This document shows positions 52,557 to 64,000 of a DNA stretch of 64,000 nucleotides, piece by piece (position 1 is the first letter of the stretch; the number at the start of each line of letters is the position of its first letter). The notes beneath the pieces were generated by a model. The model was not told the origin of the DNA, searched no databases, and saw only the letters and a program-made list of their open reading frames with translations. Where the stretch lies: assembly GCF_040938485.1 (NCBI RefSeq), contig NW_027272035.1, forward strand, positions 248,001 through 312,000, given 5' to 3'. The translations under genes were made by a program, and so were the position numbers. This DNA comes from Diadema antillarum. Taxonomy: Eukaryota.

Positions 52557-54179
52557 ATGCACACTCACGGGGAACTGAAGGCTTACCTACTTGGAATATT
52601 TGTAGCAACCACGGCTTTCAGCTTGACTTACTACGCAACATCAATAATTCTAGAACGCTCTTCTGAACCAGTGCCTGGAAAAACCCAACCCTCAAGACGA
52701 CATCTCGGAAGGACGGCTATATTGGGGCAGGATACATTTTCTAGCAATGGGAGAACGCCAAAGGATCGATTATTAGCTGCCACTGCCCACGCGTGTCTCC
52801 AAAGCAGGCCCGGCGATGAAGTCAGTACCGACCTCGACTGCAAGAAGAGATTGCCTCAAGCGATTGGGATTGGTGTGGAAAAGTGTGGGACAAGTGCCCT
52901 CTCCTTCTTCCTGAATAGTCATCCAAACCTGATCCACTCAGTGCCACAAGAGATATATTACTGGAACAAGCACCAGAACGAAAGTCTGGACTGGTATAGG
53001 GATCAGATGCCTGTTTCGTCTAAACATGAAGTTACCATGGAGAAGACGCCTTCCTATATATTCGATGTCTCTGCACCCACCAGGATAAAAGCTGTCATGC
53101 CAGACACCAAGTTCATTGTCATCATTCGAGACCCGGTGGTAAGGGCAGTGTCTGACTATCTGCATCTTCTCACCATAGCCTGGCCCGAGTTCTTCATACC
53201 ACGTGTGGCGCCACCAGGCCAAGAAGCTCTCTGCTACCTGAACACCACGTTCGAGGGTTCGGTCATTCGGCCAAACGGTGAGGTCAACAGTAATAACGCC
53301 ATCCTGGTTCACGGAGCCTACGTCATCTACTTTAGGGAGTGGCTAAAGGTGTTTCCAAGGAAACAGTTTCTCGTGATTGACGGAGATGCCTTCATTAAAA
53401 ATCCATTACCAGCACTTCAGCAGGTTTGTAAGAGATTTTCTCTGTACTCTATTCAGCAGACATAGTTTTAAAAGAGGAGTTGATTCCTACTTTGTCTTCA
53501 TGTCTTTTAGGAAATTTCTTGATAGAACTATGTACATCACATTTATTTCGAAGCCTACTTATCTTCTTGTACCTCTATCTACCTATCTCTCTAATATTGT
53601 GCCATATCTAACTTCCTTACCAACTTACTGGTTTTAAAAAAAAAAGATTGTCGAATTGAGACCAGATTAGACGTCTCAATTCTGATGTCACTTCACCTAT
53701 ACTTTTAACAAAATGTGAGGACGGGGTGATGACCTATACTTGATTCAAAATATTCAATTTTAAAGCTTAGTTCATAACATCATTGTACGATGCATATGTC
53801 TTAGTCATGCAATGTAAAGTATATCTAACTTTCACATGAATATTGATGTCTATTAATAAATTGATGTGTATGTCTTAGTCACGCAATATACAGTATATCT
53901 AACTTTCACATAAATTTTGTCATGTCGTTGCAGATGGAGGAATTCCTTGGTCTTCCAAACTTTTTCAATGGGAGGAGCATATACTTTGACGAACGGAAGG
54001 GGTTTTATTGCAAATCCCTGCCATTTAAACAATGTGCAGGGGAATCAAAGGGAAGGCGACATCCTGTCATTGATGATGACGTCATAAGAAAGTTGAAAGC
54101 GTACTATCGTCCATATGACGACCAACTTGAAAAGTTACTTGGACAAACGTTTTCTTGGTCAGATCACACATTAGAGTAA
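52557..54179 (+). CDS. HS3ST-fold type II membrane sulfotransferase, paralog 3 (370 aa)
   Basis: Coding exons 52557-53423 (donor GTTTGT) and 53934-54179 (acceptor TTGCAG), with the same motifs and intron position as paralogs 1 and 2. An acceptor near 52477 implies an upstream non-coding exon. Confidence 0.92.
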
Positions 54180-54544
54180 ATCCGAAATGAAAAGAGTCAT
54201 AGCTCCAAGAAAGGTTTCAGCCGAAAACAACGCCTCCAACGGGGACATGATAGGCCTACAACGCCTATTATATTTGAACGTTTCTTCACGGGCATTGGGA
54301 TACATGATTTGTAGAACATCGAACAGGAGCAAATATATTGTACATGTAATAGCGGGCCATTATTCATTCTTATTTGTTTGATCCAAGCATTCCATTTGTC
54401 AACTTATCGGTGTTTCAGTCATGTTTTAAAATCTGCTGTCAGCCGAGGATCGTGCATGCACTCGAGCTTCGCGTTACCACATTACTGGCCATCTGCGTCG
54501 TCCAGCGGCGATGTTCTTAGTTAATAATAACATGCTCTTTATTT

Positions 54545-54773
54545 AGAGTAGCCTCATCAGTGTTACCACTGCTCTACCAGAGGACCTTTAATGTCATTAT
54601 CATTACCCTATAGCGTTGCCAGGCACCAATTTACACCATGATCGAGAGTGACATAATGGGTAGAATCGTCTTGTCCAGGGACGTAAGCGGTGTAAGCATG
54701 TGGACTGGATTTGAACTCGGGTCCAGCCTCTGACTGGGAGTCAGGAGTGTTATTCACTATACCACTGTACCCC
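54545..54773 (-). mobile_element. tRNA-derived SINE
   Basis: The minus-strand head has a Pol III A-box-like TGGTATAGTG and B-box GAGTTCAAATCC. It is followed by a conserved-core-like body (GTCCCTGGACAAGACG...CTCTCGATCATGGTGTAAATTGGTGCC). The 3' limit is approximate. Confidence 0.6.
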
Positions 54774-56093
54774 TACAGTTCTGGCATATTGTATTATCTA
54801 CGCTGTCCTCTGTGTATTCTAGGAGTACCTATGTGCTTATTACATTATTGTGTTTTCGTAATCCGACTGCAGTGAAATGTTCAACTCATACTTTGGGTAA
54901 CATAGTAGAAGCTAAATGCCTACATCTTCTTTGTAATGGTAGAGTAGATTTTTTTCAGTCGTTCTTTTTCCTAGGTCGTGGAATACCATTGGTAGTCTCC
55001 ATTTATACTGTTTTGTATACTGTGTTCAGCAGACATGGCAGATGGCATTTGAAAGTCAATTTCTGGTACAGGCGCTCTCCCAAGTTGTTAAGTCGAGTTC
55101 TTTCTACAGTCCCGGTTCGCCGAAATTTCTAGTTACTTGATTTTTTCCTTCGGATCAGCTAAATTTTTATTCAATACAAATTATCTACAGATGTCCAATC
55201 TAATGTGGACTTTATAATACTAAGTAGGTGGTGATTGGTTAAAAGGTATCACTACGGGTGCTATGTAGAGTACAGATGAACTTCAATTTTGTCAGACCAA
55301 CACATTGTACAGTGTTTGTGTTGTACTGTTGAAATAATTCGAATGAAAGATTGTGTGCACTTCATGAAGTTTCAAATGAATAACACAAATGTTTTCACAT
55401 CTCTCTGCTTTATTGTGTGATTTCATGCCATGTATTTCGCAAGTATTAGTGAACATAACATGGCTCTGATCATAAACATGCACACTGTACCCAACACCAG
55501 AATTACATTCAAAACTAAACGTTTTCTTTATCCTAATAATGATAAACCAGTGGTTCATTGCTTTAAACAGCAAAACAAATGGTGATCACCCTCAGAGTGG
55601 AATAAATGCCGTTAAAACTTGCTTTTGTACAATATCAGCTAAATTTCGAAATATTCATGAAGACGTTCTAGGGACAAAATCGTCATTAACCTCTAGCCGT
55701 TATCATTACGTTTAGTTGAACTTCCTCTAAGGTGACAATTACCGCCAGTTTTCAGCGTGATATGAAAATGTTGCACAAAGTAAAGAATAACTTATCATAT
55801 CGCATGAAATTAGGGCGAAACTACATAGGTAGCTCCTACATTTGGGAACAAAGTTTGTATATGGAGTCTAATAACGGACACGGTCATAACGAAATTCCGG
55901 TTTCAACGAAGTAAAAATTCAGGTCGCAACATTATCTCATCTATGTATTTTTACAGTTATTTGTTCGGTTTTAACGACATTTCGATATAGCGAAAGAAAA
56001 CTGTCAGTCCCGAGGAATTCGTTATGACGGGAGTTCACTGTAACCCTATATAAAGACAATTTGATTCGGTTGGTGCCAGAATGTGTCACTGGA

Positions 56094-62226
<6,133 letters not shown>

Positions 62227-64000
62227 CTAAGAATGGCAGCAATAGTGATTTGGTATGAAACCGCGCATATCACATATTTCAACCACGGCCTAATCCATTC
62301 CTGCAATCTGTACCATTAGTTCTTGTTTTTGTTCTCACACGGTATGTAAGCTTCAAGTGTTCTGTTTATATTCATATGATGACTTTCCCTCGATTCAGTG
62401 GCGTACCGTGGGTCAAGACATTGGGGGGGGGGGGCACCTCGTGGAAAGTAATTTTGAGGGTGTGTATGCTTGTGTGTGTGTGTGGGTGGGTGGGTGGGTG
62501 TGTGTGCGTGTGCGCGCTGTCAGTCTGCAAACGTAATGGGGACTGCAATAGGGCCTATACATAACGGAATGTGATACATTCCACAGAACACTTATTGAGC
62601 AACATTATAAGTTTTCTTTACATTGATTATGGAATGACGGTTTGAAACAACAAATTACTGGCAGCAACATCTGGAGAATTGCATAACAATTAAACGCGAG
62701 CGAGCGAACCGAGCGAGCTTGAAAATTGTGACATTTTACGGTCCAAAAACTGCCGTTTAGCTACAATTTTTTGGCTTTGGAAATTAAGAGGGGGGGGGGG
62801 CGCCCGGTGAGCCCCCCCCCCCCCCCGAATCCGCCACTGGTAGTCAAAGGTGTCGGTTTATGTTCATGATTTGGGGAGGTATGACCAGCGAGGGGGCGTC
62901 GAAGTGACCAAGCAGGGGAAGGATGTCCAAAACCTGCACTTTAGAGCATCACCAAATTGTTTGTGTTTGTTTGCGCGTGCTTATGTACATGGAAAAGTTA
63001 GGAAGTAGCCCAGGTCAAGTCTTATTATTGGCAATGCAAGGCATTTTAATATAGCATAAGGCACAAAGATGTACATTCTACATCAAATTGCGCAACATTG
63101 CAGCGACTCTTTTTGCCGTTCGGATGTTCTGAGTACAATGCGCACATCCTGCTTATATTCAGAATGCCAACCAGGAATCACGCTGAATCACAATCTTTTG
63201 CGAATCCGGGCTTTTTGAACAATGTTTAACACTATATACCTCTTTAATGTTGGTTAAAAGAAATTTTAAAAAGATATCTTATTTCTGTAAGAGGGATGAA
63301 GTCTAATCTCGTCTTTTGCATTTGTAAATGTCTTTAAAGGCATAATTTACCATTTGCAGATGAAACACAAATCCAGCATTAGTGCCTCAAAATAAGTGTG
63401 CGTTACGGTAGAAACAACCAATGTAAAAATTTGAACCAGTATAATCGATGGTAAGTATTGTTAAGTATACAAAATATGAACAATAGTTACAATAAAAATG
63501 CCTCCTGACTACACCGTCTACAGTTACGGTTTATTGAAAAAAATAATGATATTTCCTTATATTCTATAGGCTTTGTTGCAGAACATCTTTATGTTCGGAT
63601 ATTTTGTGATACAACTGACCTACACCATGTGCATCAAAAGTGACATCTTGAACATTTTTTTTTTCAAATCACTGCTCCCAAAGGTAAACAGGACCTTCAA
63701 CATTTCTCGTATCGATAAGGTAAAATGAAGGCAGCATATATACAAATCTTAATAAATCTTTGCAATGTTGACCATGGCTTCTACTCTACAAGAGCGTCTA
63801 ACTCATTGCTACGAGTCTGTTTTTGTTTGTTTTCGTGATGAATATCTAAGCAGTTACACAATTACAATACGATAATGACCCCTCATTGCGCTATGCTCCT
63901 ATTTCGGGACCTTCGAAAGAATACTATCAATCTTCCACAGAGCCGTATGTATATATGAATCTGTGCGTTCATTATGGTATTTTCAGTTCATTGATGCAAT

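Noticed and set aside
34533-53312. Three similar ORFs (34533-34907 +, 47426-47659 +, 52938-53312 -) that look like a conserved small protein family
   Set aside because: They are antisense shadows of the sulfotransferase exons; their similarity just mirrors the paralogy.
54700-54773. tRNA gene
   Set aside because: A and B boxes are present, but there is no clean cloverleaf and the sequence continues into a SINE body.
62396-62839. CAGTGGCG...CGCCACTG as another 5-bp-TSD MITE
   Set aside because: The flanks (CGATT vs GTAGT) do not match; it is probably ends of two different or rearranged elements.
62227-64000. Next upstream GH31 exon (HWLGDN...FNLFGIP)
   Set aside because: It was not found in any minus-strand frame here, so it is presumed to lie beyond the window.

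Overview
This is animal (metazoan) genomic DNA with AT-rich GT-AG introns and two assembly gaps. The repeat content suggests a marine invertebrate deuterostome, possibly an echinoderm, but that is inference. I assembled six protein-coding genes by hand from splice sites and reading phase. (1) Golgin-45/BLZF1 on the minus strand, complete, 402 aa. (2) UBXN7 on the plus strand, head-to-head with BLZF1; one UBX-domain exon is missing, probably in the 27.1 kb gap. (3-5) Three two-exon, type II membrane sulfotransferases of the heparan-sulfate 3-O-sulfotransferase (HS3ST) fold, oriented -, -, +. (6) The 3' nine exons of a GH31 alpha-glucosidase (MGAM/SI/GAA-like) on the minus strand, almost invisible in the ORF track. 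Mobile DNA includes a CR1/L2-type LINE whose ORF2 is broken by one frameshift, Helentron-associated (HINE-like) elements, several MITE families and a tRNA-derived SINE. The main leads are as follows. The sulfotransferase trio keeps the PAPS-binding and catalytic residues but has lost the heparan-sulfate-binding residues. A sharp 596-bp gene-conversion-like tract links inverted paralogs 1 and 3. A MITE family with CAG...CTG ends has exact 5-bp target duplications in four copies, one hosting a triple nested insertion. A palindromic mariner derivative retains an intact 66-aa DNA-binding mini-ORF. A modular ~1.15-kb inverted repeat lies inside the sulfotransferase cluster. All coordinates and identity counts were done by hand.
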